Of a stretch of DNA of 64,000 nt, positions 13,903-23,684 are shown one piece after another. This DNA comes from Squalus acanthias (lineage: Eukaryota). The position numbers and the translations under genes were made by a program. The notes beneath the pieces are model-generated. The model was not told where the DNA came from. It did no database searches and saw only the letters and a program-made list of their open reading frames with translations. Location: the NCBI GenBank assembly GCA_030390025.1, contig CM059433.1, positions 1,054,001 through 1,118,000 of the forward strand, given 5' to 3'. Position 1 is the stretch's first letter. The number at the start of each line of letters is the position of its first letter.

Positions 13903-14272
13903 CCGACAATGATTTTAATGTTAAATAAAGCGGCTTAACCTTCATATCTGTTCTTGCCTCACCAAGTGTTTCTCAGTCCCTTTGGAGAAATTGAAGGAGC
14001 ACATGTGCTGAAGACACAAATACCCAGCCCGAATCCCAAGCGAATGCGATTGTTATGTCCCTGGGTTATGCTATCATACAAGTAGATAAAAAGTGGTGTG
14101 AACTAACTTCCATAAAAATAAGACACTCAGATCGATACTGGGAGCGCTTGATGTCACTGAACCCGACAAGGTATCGACAGATACTCAAATTTATAGCACG
14201 GTGATGCAATAGAAGTGAAGGGATAACTTTCTTTGGATTAGTCTAATTCTAGACACTGTTCATCTTTTGATC

Positions 14273-14459
14273 CATAAGAACATAGGAACAGGAGGAGGCC
14301 ATTCACCCCCTCGAGCCTGTTCCTCCATTCAATTAGATCATGGCTGATCTGTATCTTAGCTCCATCTCCCCATCTTGGTTCCATAACCCTTAATATCCTT
14401 GCCTAAAATATACCAGCTTGTTCTGGACTCCCCCACCAGAGGAAATAGTTTCTCTCTAT
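14273..14459 (-). mobile_element. CR1 3' fragment, left half of the proviral integration target (continues at 27161-27260)
   Basis: GGAAATAGTTTCTCT-CTAT-CTACCTTATCAAACCC is reconstituted on removing the provirus. Confidence 0.8.
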
Positions 14460-16119
14460 TGTAAGGGATTCTCCCTGACCCTGCGTGTCTCGTAGCCTGT
14501 GAGATTCACGCGGCTCTGTGCAGCCTGTATGTCAGTGCGGGTCTAGGCCTGGTCTCCAGCCAGTCTGGGAACACTAGACACACCTGTGAGTGGTTCGAAT
14601 CACTCTCCCTTACGGTTCTAGACACTGGACTTAGATGCGAGAGCAGTAATGGAGATAAAACTCATGTAGACTTGGTTTGAATGGTACGAAATGGAAAATC
14701 TTTATTGCATGATACTTAAAATTATGAAATACATGTCATACGCACAGATTAATGACAGTACAATCTTACAAACGGTTATAATCAATCTTAGGGAAACGAG
14801 GAACGAACGGCACAACGTAAATAGGGCACACATTACAAATATCCTTAATCTTTAAACCCTCCCCTATCAATATCTATCCTAAACTAGCTTCGTAGGATCT
14901 CGAGACTCATGCTCACCACTCGTAATAACTCGGAGAAATCCCGAATAGCTGATCGGATGTTTTTCACCGCAGCACCCACGTGTCGGTCAGGAGATCTCCT
15001 GGTCCCACTTGTTTACTGGCTTCTGCTGCTCGGGCTAGTAGGCTGGACCGTCTGCTGTAGTGAAGACCTCTGTTGGTTGACTTCACAGTTTAGTTGAGGA
15101 GCACCGTTGTCAATATCACTGATACGATGTGTTTGCACAGTCCAGTTATCATTGATGCAATATGTCTTGTTAGAAGTTTAAAGAAGAAAACTTCCTGTCG
15201 AGAAGACTTGGCTGATCGACCTACAGGCGCGGTCGGGATTTACTGACCGTGGCGATGGATATGGTCTTCTTCTCTTCTCCTCTCATCTCATCTCATCTCA
15301 TCTCATCTCGGGCCTTTGGTTCCGCTGCCAGTTACCAACATAGGTCTTCGTTACGCGACACGAGGTAGATCCGAACGGATCATAAAGTTCAACAGTCTTT
15401 TACACAGGAGCAGCCACGAGGTTACGAATCGACCGGATAAAACACAGGAGCAGGCGAGCGAATGCAGGAGCAAGGGCAAGAGTCAAGAGAGAATGGACGG
15501 TTTGGGGCCTGCAATTATAGTGCAAAAATCTTCCGTTTCCCGCCCAACTATAATGTCCATTCTTTTGTTTAGGGTTTGGCGCCCAAATGTCTTGTATGGG
15601 TGATCTCCGTCCTTAATGGGTTTCGGGGCTACTCATGAATGTTTGAGTACCTGTTAATACTTCTCCCATTGTTAAATCGGTCGGTGTTCTCCCTGGAGGG
15701 GTTTGGGGCTTCCAAGTGTCCTGTATAACTACCTGCTAACGGCTCTCTCATCGTAGAGTCGTTGGGAGTTTACATATTAATGTCCTTTGGATGGGCCCTT
15801 GATTACTCGGTGCAATGGCTTTCCTTTGTACCTGGGAGACCGATTCCAGTAACTATGTTTATACTGTAAACCCATAATGTCTCGGGTATTATCTTCACTG
15901 TGCTGAATCGTTATCGATCTTGCAAAAATGTTTAATGGAACGCCATCTTGTCTGCCTGTTGAAAAGTCTAGAATGTTCTGTCACGCGGTGCGGCGGCCAT
16001 TTTACAGGCTGCTTGTGTCCAATTTAAACCTGACAGCATTCTGCTGAAATAAAAGCTGTTTGAACGAAACTTTGTGTTTTCTCCTTATTAATCAAATCGC
16101 GATAATTGCGAATTCTACA
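14460..16119 (-). repeat. 3' LTR (1660 bp)
   Basis: Direct repeat of 25501-27160; preceded on the minus strand by the purine-rich AACAGGAGGGAC. Confidence 0.97.
14701..14706 (-). terminator. Putative polyadenylation signal AATAAA in the 3' LTR (copy at 25742-25747)
   Basis: TTTATT on the + strand, about 240 nt from the LTR 3' end. Confidence 0.55.
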
Positions 16120-16131
16120 GTCCCTCCTGTT
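16120..16131 (-). promoter_or_regulatory. Polypurine tract (short)
   Basis: Minus strand AACAGGAGGGAC immediately before the TG of the 3' LTR. Confidence 0.7.
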
Positions 16132-16540
16132 GATGCGAATAACTCCGCTTATCGTATCAAAATCTCAGTGGTGAGCAATCTTATCTCGATTTCACTCCGA
16201 ATCCAGTAAATTAATCCCATAAATTTTAACTTGACTAGGGTCTCTGTGTCGTCCTTATTTCCCAAGAAAATCACATTTTATATCACCGTAGGCATCATTT
16301 GCCCTTAAACTTACACCACTTGTTTTCCTTTCCGGCGTAACCAGGCCGATACCTCACGCATCACCTGTATATTTGTCTTTTATTCAGGGAAAGGAAAAAC
16401 AAAACCCAAAACCAAACAATCAACACCATCACCAAAATAAACAAATCCCAACTCTTAAACATATCGAGTTTCCAACGTATTTACAATGAGTACAAACTTC
16501 CGCGGCGCACGTGGCGAGCGGGAGTGACGCCATTTTCCTA

Positions 16541-18892
16541 TTACACGGTGCTCTCATCGTGCACGCGCACGTAACGTTCTCGCCACTCTCCCGTGTTCTC
16601 ATGCTTGGTGAGGCGCTTGTCTCTTTTACAATGTATGAACAATAGGTACACTACAATAAACACTTGACAGACGACTAAAATGTGGGAGGCTATTCTGACC
16701 CATGAGGGCACTTCAATATTAGTGAACAGATTCCACCACGGTGGAACCACTATGTCCAAAATGTCTGTTCCAATTTCGACAGTTTTCTGCTCTAACGTAT
16801 AGAAATGCTTTTGTGACACCGCGACGGCTTTCAGAAGTTTGGTTAAATGCTCAGGGAGAGGGGGAATGAGGTATCCAAAATGCGCGACAAATCGCTGCAA
16901 GTCGGTGAAATTCTCTTTTACTGTGAGATGAACAGTGGATGGTTCAGGGATTGGGATAATTCGCTGTTGTGCTACTTGAACTTCAGCCCTGGGTTTAAAA
17001 CAGAAACTGCTGTCACTCACCGGACACCGGCTACGGTTTCCATGCTGGTAGTGTTGCGCTGCAGTGGTAACACAATATGTTCCACCCCCGATGTATGCTA
17101 CCTGCGGAGGCACATGATCTTGTGCCATTGCCTCCATGGTGCAATTCATGGACTTGGCGCCAGCCGTTCTGAACCCGCACTGTGGTGTTAAAAAGGCATT
17201 CAAGTGCTGGGGGCACAGTATTATGTGTGCTCCCCTGCCACGACAACCAGAGAGATCTGTACCTGTCATCGTTTGCTCCCAGCGGATGACGTAAGGTGGA
17301 ACCGCTGCATAACGAATGTGGGCTCCCCCCTGAATGACACCAATGTTCTCTACCCGATATACCGGGGCGGGCTTTGCTGTGTTGCCCAAAACCGGCATGC
17401 GTAATACTATTCCCATGATAGTATGGTTTGAACGTCCGCAGTCCACGGGGACTGGGTAAGCTTCTGAAGCTAGCCTGAGCTGGCACGGACTTAATGCGTT
17501 CTGAAAAGGGTGGAGCGCCCGCAGGTGTTTGTTACTTATCCAGGACGGAACCAAACCTTGTTTTAAATCCTCCAAATTACTGCGGCCCTCGCCCAGTAAC
17601 CACGCCCCGTAAAGCACGCACACCTCGTTCTGCGCAGCTTGATCGGATGCATTCCGATCTTCCCTGATCAGGGCATTTACCGTACGCGCATGTTTCTCCA
17701 GCTCTGCTATAATCTCCTTTAAATGGAGAGTCATGGCTTGGTCCTCATGCAGACCTGACCCTACCACTTTATTCTCATCTGTTAGAATGTCTTTTAACTG
17801 TGTTTTTAAACCATTAATCTGGGTCTGCAGCTCCACACTGTCTAGAGCGTTGACCACAGATGTCCCTGTATTAAAAGCAGTGAACGCATCGTTCACCAAA
17901 CCCCTTCTTTGCCTACCTACTTGATCCAAAACTTCCTGCGGTGCGGTATACAAACTTGCCTTCTCAATTTCTGCAAAATCAAACTCGTAAAATTGTCTGA
18001 ACATCTTGGTCAACAGGACCTGATACAACTGTTCCGTCTTTTTGGGGCACCACTCTGGTAACCGTACCTCAGTGAGATTTAAAATCACTGAGGCCACCGC
18101 GTAATGTACCCCCTGAAATAGTATCTGGTCTGTGGGGACCAGTACCAAACCGTTCCCGGGTCCCTTACTAGTTTTAGGGCACCCTTCTTCCTCAGTTAGA
18201 ACCACCGGAATCGTGGGCGGGGCTTTGCGTGGGCGCGTAATGAGCTCAGTGGCATTTACTGGGATCGGGGAGAATGGGGCTCCGCACCCCCTGGTGCTCG
18301 CATCCCACCTCATCCCCTGTCCGTTATCCTGCCACTGATTAATAAAAAATATGGAGATGCCTTTGGGGCAAACGTACTTTGACCCCCACATACAAACATA
18401 AATCCCCTCATCCGGTTCCCACCATTTGTCCCAACAGACTTTCACTTGTCCGTTTGTCCCCGTAATTGTCCGATGGGTATTATTACCCAGTCGTTCCCAC
18501 TCGACCGAAGAGTTCCTCATAGTTTTGCTCAGCTTTCGCAGCCACCACCATCGGCTCAATGGGACATCCCCACTACAGGTCAAACAAATCCGTTTACCGA
18601 CGGTGACGCTGATCCTGGGTGCGATGATCCGTACTTTGGGGCACATTAAAGAAGTCTCTTTGTAGGCGAACCCCGATGTGCTGGAATACTCCGTTGAGTT
18701 CGTTCCCAGCCATCCTGGCCACCTTCCCTTGTGGAAATAGGTGCTGGTCCCCTCTGCCTTCCGTCTTCCGGTCCCATCCACCGCGATGGGGGCCGTGTCC
18801 CCGGAACATCCAAACACCACGACATCCTTGGTGTGGCCTCGATAGGCCAATCCACATCCGATTGCCACGAGCAATACTAGAAGTCGTTCCAT
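16541..18892 (-). CDS. env: Envelope glycoprotein, 783 aa: signal peptide, Ig-like domain, furin site RQRR, fusion peptide/heptad repeats, Cys-rich region, TM anchor
   Basis: Hydrophobic N-terminus MERLLVLLVAIGCGLA; RQRR|GLVNDAFTAF at 17903-17914; heptad ELQTQINGLKTQLKDIL; TM IASHILVVCQVFIVVYLLFI; several N-X-S/T sites; position between pol and the 3' LTR. Confidence 0.92.
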   Translation of the reverse strand: MERLLVLLVAIGCGLAYRGHTKDVVVFGCSGDTAPIAVDGTGRRKAEGTSTYFHKGRWPGWLGTNSTEYSSTSGFAYKETSLMCPKVRIIAPRISVTVGKRICLTCSGDVPLSRWWWLRKLSKTMRNSSVEWERLGNNTHRTITGTNGQVKVCWDKWWEPDEGIYVCMWGSKYVCPKGISIFFINQWQDNGQGMRWDASTRGCGAPFSPIPVNATELITRPRKAPPTIPVVLTEEEGCPKTSKGPGNGLVLVPTDQILFQGVHYAVASVILNLTEVRLPEWCPKKTEQLYQVLLTKMFRQFYEFDFAEIEKASLYTAPQEVLDQVGRQRRGLVNDAFTAFNTGTSVVNALDSVELQTQINGLKTQLKDILTDENKVVGSGLHEDQAMTLHLKEIIAELEKHARTVNALIREDRNASDQAAQNEVCVLYGAWLLGEGRSNLEDLKQGLVPSWISNKHLRALHPFQNALSPCQLRLASEAYPVPVDCGRSNHTIMGIVLRMPVLGNTAKPAPVYRVENIGVIQGGAHIRYAAVPPYVIRWEQTMTGTDLSGCRGRGAHIILCPQHLNAFLTPQCGFRTAGAKSMNCTMEAMAQDHVPPQVAYIGGGTYCVTTAAQHYQHGNRSRCPVSDSSFCFKPRAEVQVAQQRIIPIPEPSTVHLTVKENFTDLQRFVAHFGYLIPPLPEHLTKLLKAVAVSQKHFYTLEQKTVEIGTDILDIVVPPWWNLFTNIEVPSWVRIASHILVVCQVFIVVYLLFIHCKRDKRLTKHENTGEWRERYVRVHDESTV

Positions 18893-18905
18893 CCTTCCTT
18901 GGTTC

Positions 18906-18930
18906 CTGTGATCAGATAGAATGAGGTAGC
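18906..18930 (-). promoter_or_regulatory. Putative env splice acceptor
   Basis: Minus strand CTACCTCATTCTATCTGATCACAG|GAACC, 13 nt upstream of the env ATG. Confidence 0.6.
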
Positions 18931-19184
18931 CAGCCTCGCAAAAAGTCTCTGGCTTTTGTGAAGGGGTGAGCGGGTCCCCTGACCTCGCCTCACGTAAACT
19001 TCAACGTTTGCTGAATAGACTTCCTCTAAAACCTAGCCTTAAAACTCCCACCATTTTATCGTTATCTGTTAAAACACTACAAACTTAACCTTGAACTAAT
19101 AAACTTAAAACTTAACCTTGAACTATAAACTTAAAACCTTAAACTAATAACTTTACAGTGCCGCCCGTTCTCAGGGCGGCCCCT

Positions 19185-22100
19185 TTAAATTCTGAGAAGG
19201 CTGCTGCGAGCTCTTCCCGACGGTGGGAGGGCACTGACCCTTCCCTCTGATCTGCCGCAGCCTGTTGCTGCGCTGACCCTTTCCTCTGATCTGCCGCAGC
19301 CTGTTACTGCTGCGATGTGGCCTGTCTCTACCCGGGTTATCTTAACCTGAATTTTACGCCTTGGGGCAGTCTGGGGACATGACCACATCCTCCTGGGCTG
19401 GGGTTCTCTACTTGACCTACGGGGAGTTGCTATGGGCGGGGGTTCCGTGACGGACGGACCGGGTTCCGAGACCTCCAACGGGATGACCTGGGGTTCCATC
19501 ACAGTCGCCGGCTCCGCCTCCGCTGACTCCGCCTCCCTAACCTCGGGGCTGGCATTTCGTGGCTCCGCCCTGCTCGGCCCAGCAGGCGGCCCTTCACTCG
19601 TGATCTCTGCCTCCCCTGAGGACTGGACGTTCAAAGCGGGCGGCCACACCTCTGGGCCTATAGCGGCTGGCCCTGCCTCCTCCAGCTCCTCCCTCCTGTT
19701 GTCGGGACCTGCAGCTTGTGTGTCCACCCCGTGTGGATCTCTGCCTATCGGCCCCAATCCTCCCAGACCGTTCCTCAGGAACCACCCGTCATCATCACTA
19801 TGCTCATCTGCACTATCCTCATCTGACCAGGGTACCCTGGGTTCTTCGTCATCTAACCCCCAACTCCAGAAAAACGCTGCATGATCGTCCGGGATGTCCC
19901 TTCCCCTGATGCAAGCTGCTACGCCTGCCTGTGTGCCTTGTGGTCCTACCTGGGGCTGTGTTTTCCCATTGGCGGGATTTACCCCTGTAGTTTTCCCCTG
20001 CGCACCCGGCTGGTACAGTTTACATTGGTTTATGTGGAACCACTTAGTGCGCCGAGGTACTTTTACGGCGTAAACCATGGGACTCGCCTTGTCTACAATG
20101 TTGTAGGGTCCCATATACAGTGGTTCCAGACTCCCTACTCTGGCGTAGTTTCTGACCATGACCTGGTCTCCTACTTCCCATTCCCGCGTTTTGCGGGGTT
20201 CCAGCAACAAGCGATTGCCCTGATGCTGCCTTCCCATGTTCCCAGCCGCCTGCTCATAAACTTGCTTCAGGCGCTCCAAGAGAGTTTGGGCGAACTTGTC
20301 CCTGCTGATCTCTTGAAGCTGACCCTCAGTGAGCACCGGGGCTAGCACATGGGTGGGGGTTCGCATGAGCCTGCCGGTCATTACCTCGTGCGGGGAGTAC
20401 CCCGTACTTTTTGACTGACTGGCCCGGACCCCCATGAGGACTAAAGGCAGAACTTCCGCCCATTTTTGGGGCGAGTTCCTAGTCTCTTTCCTCAATTTCT
20501 CCTTCAGGGTCCGGTTCATACGTTCGACAATCCCGGATGACTGGGGATTGTGTGCTACGTGCCACTTCCCTTCAATGCCCAAAAGCATGAGGGTGTTCTG
20601 CATCACCTGGCCGGTGAAATGACTCCCTTGGTCTGACTCCACAAAACGGGGGAGTCCCCACCGCGAGAACACTTCCCGGACCAAGATTTTTGCTGTACCC
20701 AGTGCCGTAGCTGTTCGACAAGGGAAGGCTTCCACCCACTTGGAAAACACATCCACCAGGACGAGGCAGTACTTATAACCTCCCTGGGTGGTGGGCAGGG
20801 GTCCTATATAGTCGATCTGTATCGACTGCCATGGTCCCTCTACCCTTCTTACGTGTCCCATGGGCACCTTCCTTTTCTGGGGGTCTGGGTTGTTTGCAGC
20901 GCACACAAGACAGTTAGCGCAGAACTCGCGGACTTGTTCCCTGAGCCCTGGCCACCATCCCGCTTGCTCTACCCGTTGCCAGGTAACCTCGGGCCCGGGG
21001 TGCCCTGCCCCTGGTCCCTCGTGAGCCAACTGGAGGAATTCCCTCCTGTGCTGCTGCGGCACAACCCACTGCTCCCCGCGGAACAGCATGCCTTCCTTAA
21101 CTGAGAGGGTTGCCGTACTGTACGGACCTTCTACCTGCCTCCCCTCAGCAATCGTTTTTAGGACTGCTTTTAGGGCGGGATCCTGGGCTTGGACGGTCTT
21201 AAGGTCTAGGGGCAATGCTACCCTGGTGTTCCCGGTATTCCCGTCCCCGCCTCGGACCGCTGCTATGGGTCCGGTCCTATAGGGGTTCCAGAAAGTGCCG
21301 TCGCGGGCACCCTCCCTGGCTAGCGCATCTGCCTGCCGGTTGCCCTCCCCACGGGGCTCTGCGGAGGAGTGAGCTTTCACCTTATGGATGAAAATCTCCC
21401 CTTCCTCCCCTACTGCTGCTGCTAAGATCTTTTCCAGCAAGGGCTTCACCGTTAAAGGTCGCCCGTCCGCGGAGGTGTATCCGCGGCGGGACCAAATGGC
21501 CAGGTATTCCGTACACGAATTGCAGGTGAACATACTGTCCGAGCAAATCGTGTATGGGGTTGGGAAAATGTCTGGGTGGGTCACCACGTACACCACGGCA
21601 GACAGCTCAGCCTGCTGCGCGCTCATGGTGCTAGGGAGCTTGATCGCCAGGGCAAGGTCTGCCGCAGGGTCATAAACTCCACACCCTGTGAGTCGCTCGC
21701 CAGCAGACACTGTGCTAGACCCATCAACATAAATCTCGCGCCCAGTGGGATGTATCCCGGCCCGTAAACCTATGTTGACGTCCCACACCCCTTCCACCGA
21801 ACACCGGTGGGCTGTACCGGGGTATACCAAATTGGCCGCAAGCCTGGGCTCGCAAAGACCTTTTACTCTAAGATCCAACTGGGAGAGAAGAAGGGTCCAA
21901 CGCGCAATGCGTGCGCTGCTTACGGTCCCGTCTTTAATCCTCCCATCCAGAAGCATCTTAGTTGGTGTGTGATGTGTGAGGAGAGTGATGGGAGAGAGCC
22001 CTGTGAAGATCGCTGATCTTTTCACAGCCCAATGCGTGGCTAAAAGGTGCCTTTCGCAATTGGAAAAACTTCTCTCCACATCCGTTAATACCCTGGATGA

Positions 22101-23684
22101 ATAGACAACCGGCCTCAGCTTGCCGTGACGCTCTTGGAGCAGCACGGCGCTTAAGCTGTCCCCGCTGGCAGCTACCTCCAGGAAAAACTCCTTCCCCCCA
22201 TCTATGGCCCCTAAGGCTGGCGCGGTCTGCAGATCCCTTTTTAACTTCTCGAAGGCTGCTTGGCAGCCCTCGTCCCAAGACCACTCCACTCCCTTATGGA
22301 GGAGTCGGAGGAGCGGCGCCGCTGTGGCCGCATAATCTTCGATAAAATCCCTGCAGTAACCGGTCAGTCCCAAGAAGGACCTCACACCCCTTACGTTGTT
22401 GGGAATCGGTAATTCTTGCACCGACTCCCTCCTTGCTTTGTCTATGGCTCTTTCCCCAGCGCGTAGGGTCAGTCCCAGGAATTTTACTTCCTGCTGACCG
22501 ATACGTGCTTTCTTTGGGTTTACTTTAAAACCCTTTCTCGCTAACAGCTCCAATAACTCGTCCAGTAGTGGTCCGTGCTCCTCCCTTGAGTCCGTAAATA
22601 GGAGCAAATCATCCACATACTGTACTATCTGATTGGGCTGACTAAACTCCTTTAAACTTCCTGCCATACACTGGTGAAAAATACTGGGGCTATTGTGGAA
22701 ACCCTGTGGCAAACAGTTCCACGTGTACTGTTGCCCTTTAAACGTAAAGGCAAACTTGTACTGGTCCTCTCGCCGCAGCGGGATGGACCAAAAACCGTTC
22801 GAGATATCCAGCACCGTGAACGTGGTCGCGGACGCTGGGATGCTCCCTATTAGGTCAGCAACTGCTGCTACTGTGGGCGCGCAGGCGGGAATGTTACTGT
22901 TAAGGACTCTGTAGTCCACCGTGGCTCTCCACGAATTATCCGGCTTCCTAACCGGCCATAATGGGGAGTTCACGTGTGTGGCTATCGGCCTCAACACGCC
23001 CTGCTGCACCAAGGAAGACATTGCTGCCTCCATATCGGGTTCTGCTTCTTTGGGGAAGTTATACTGCTTTTGGGGTCGGGTCATGGGGTCCCCATCTACG
23101 CTGACCTCAAACCCGACCACCCTCCCACAATCGTGCTTGTGGGTTGCAAACGCGTGCATATTATCTGACACGTACGTTTGCATGTCCGTTGGGACATCTG
23201 CGACCATAAGCCTGAGGTCGTAGCCTCCGGATGGCTGTACGGTACACAGGACCCCCGTTTCTTCCTCTCCTTGAATTACCATTACCTCGCCTTTTTCACC
23301 TTTAGCCCCCCAGAGACAGTGATTTCTGAGGTCCACGAGGATCCCGTGTCCCGCTAGGAGATCGGACCCGAGAATACCTCTTCCACCCCCCTTTTGCCAT
23401 GCCATCAGTATACACTTCCACTTAAGGCGAAGTGTTCCTAAACGAATGGATAGCGGGAGGGAAAACGTGCCAGCCTGTTCTTTCCCTGTGAACCCTGCTA
23501 GCGTGAATGGGACCTTGGTAGATAGCGGCGAGTCAAAAGGGTCATCTGTATGGATTATGGTGCAAGAAGCTCCCGTGTCCAACAAATAACTGCCCTTCTG
23601 TTTCTCTACCTCCATCTCCACCACAGGTCGCCTCCACGCATCATAGCTGAGCGGACACAGGTAGACGGGCTGTGCTGGTTCTAG
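19185..23684 (-). CDS. pol: Pol (protease, RT, tether/degenerate RNase H, RNase H, integrase, C-terminal extension), in frame with gag
   Basis: LLDTGA and ILGSDLL (PR); LPQGF and YVDD (RT); tether FFLEVAAS; RNase H YVDGSS/AQQAEL/SDS/GNRQAD; IN HHCC, QIDYIG/SDQGSHF/GIVER, GPY motif; no stops from the gag TGA to 19185. Confidence 0.96.
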   Translation of the reverse strand, partial: LEPAQPVYLCPLSYDAWRRPVVEMEVEKQKGSYLLDTGASCTIIHTDDPFDSPLSTKVPFTLAGFTGKEQAGTFSLPLSIRLGTLRLKWKCILMAWQKGGGRGILGSDLLAGHGILVDLRNHCLWGAKGEKGEVMVIQGEEETGVLCTVQPSGGYDLRLMVADVPTDMQTYVSDNMHAFATHKHDCGRVVGFEVSVDGDPMTRPQKQYNFPKEAEPDMEAAMSSLVQQGVLRPIATHVNSPLWPVRKPDNSWRATVDYRVLNSNIPACAPTVAAVADLIGSIPASATTFTVLDISNGFWSIPLRREDQYKFAFTFKGQQYTWNCLPQGFHNSPSIFHQCMAGSLKEFSQPNQIVQYVDDLLLFTDSREEHGPLLDELLELLARKGFKVNPKKARIGQQEVKFLGLTLRAGERAIDKARRESVQELPIPNNVRGVRSFLGLTGYCRDFIEDYAATAAPLLRLLHKGVEWSWDEGCQAAFEKLKRDLQTAPALGAIDGGKEFFLEVAASGDSLSAVLLQERHGKLRPVVYSSRVLTDVERSFSNCERHLLATHWAVKRSAIFTGLSPITLLTHHTPTKMLLDGRIKDGTVSSARIARWTLLLSQLDLRVKGLCEPRLAANLVYPGTAHRCSVEGVWDVNIGLRAGIHPTGREIYVDGSSTVSAGERLTGCGVYDPAADLALAIKLPSTMSAQQAELSAVVYVVTHPDIFPTPYTICSDSMFTCNSCTEYLAIWSRRGYTSADGRPLTVKPLLEKILAAAVGEEGEIFIHKVKAHSSAEPRGEGNRQADALAREGARDGTFWNPYRTGPIAAVRGGDGNTGNTRVALPLDLKTVQAQDPALKAVLKTIAEGRQVEGPYSTATLSVKEGMLFRGEQWVVPQQHRREFLQLAHEGPGAGHPGPEVTWQRVEQAGWWPGLREQVREFCANCLVCAANNPDPQKRKVPMGHVRRVEGPWQSIQIDYIGPLPTTQGGYKYCLVLVDVFSKWVEAFPCRTATALGTAKILVREVFSRWGLPRFVESDQGSHFTGQVMQNTLMLLGIEGKWHVAHNPQSSGIVERMNRTLKEKLRKETRNSPQKWAEVLPLVLMGVRASQSKSTGYSPHEVMTGRLMRTPTHVLAPVLTEGQLQEISRDKFAQTLLERLKQVYEQAAGNMGRQHQGNRLLLEPRKTREWEVGDQVMVRNYARVGSLEPLYMGPYNIVDKASPMVYAVKVPRRTKWFHINQCKLYQPGAQGKTTGVNPANGKTQPQVGPQGTQAGVAACIRGRDIPDDHAAFFWSWGLDDEEPRVPWSDEDSADEHSDDDGWFLRNGLGGLGPIGRDPHGVDTQAAGPDNRREELEEAGPAAIGPEVWPPALNVQSSGEAEITSEGPPAGPSRAEPRNASPEVREAESAEAEPATVMEPQVIPLEVSEPGPSVTEPPPIATPRRSSREPQPRRMWSCPQTAPRRKIQVKITRVETGHIAAVTGCGRSEERVSAATGCGRSEGRVSALPPSGRARSSLLRI

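Noticed and set aside
14909..15603. 62-aa and 95-aa antisense ORFs in each LTR as accessory genes
   Set aside because: Short, no recognisable motifs, one starts at TTG, and no evident counterpart in the diverged LTR.
16379..16384. Extra AATAAA on the minus strand in the env 3' UTR
   Set aside because: The GU-rich tract is upstream rather than downstream, and use would truncate the genome before R; no further support.
19432..23223. Several plus-strand ORFs antisense to pol
   Set aside because: Expected shadows of a GC-rich coding strand; none is long or motif-bearing.
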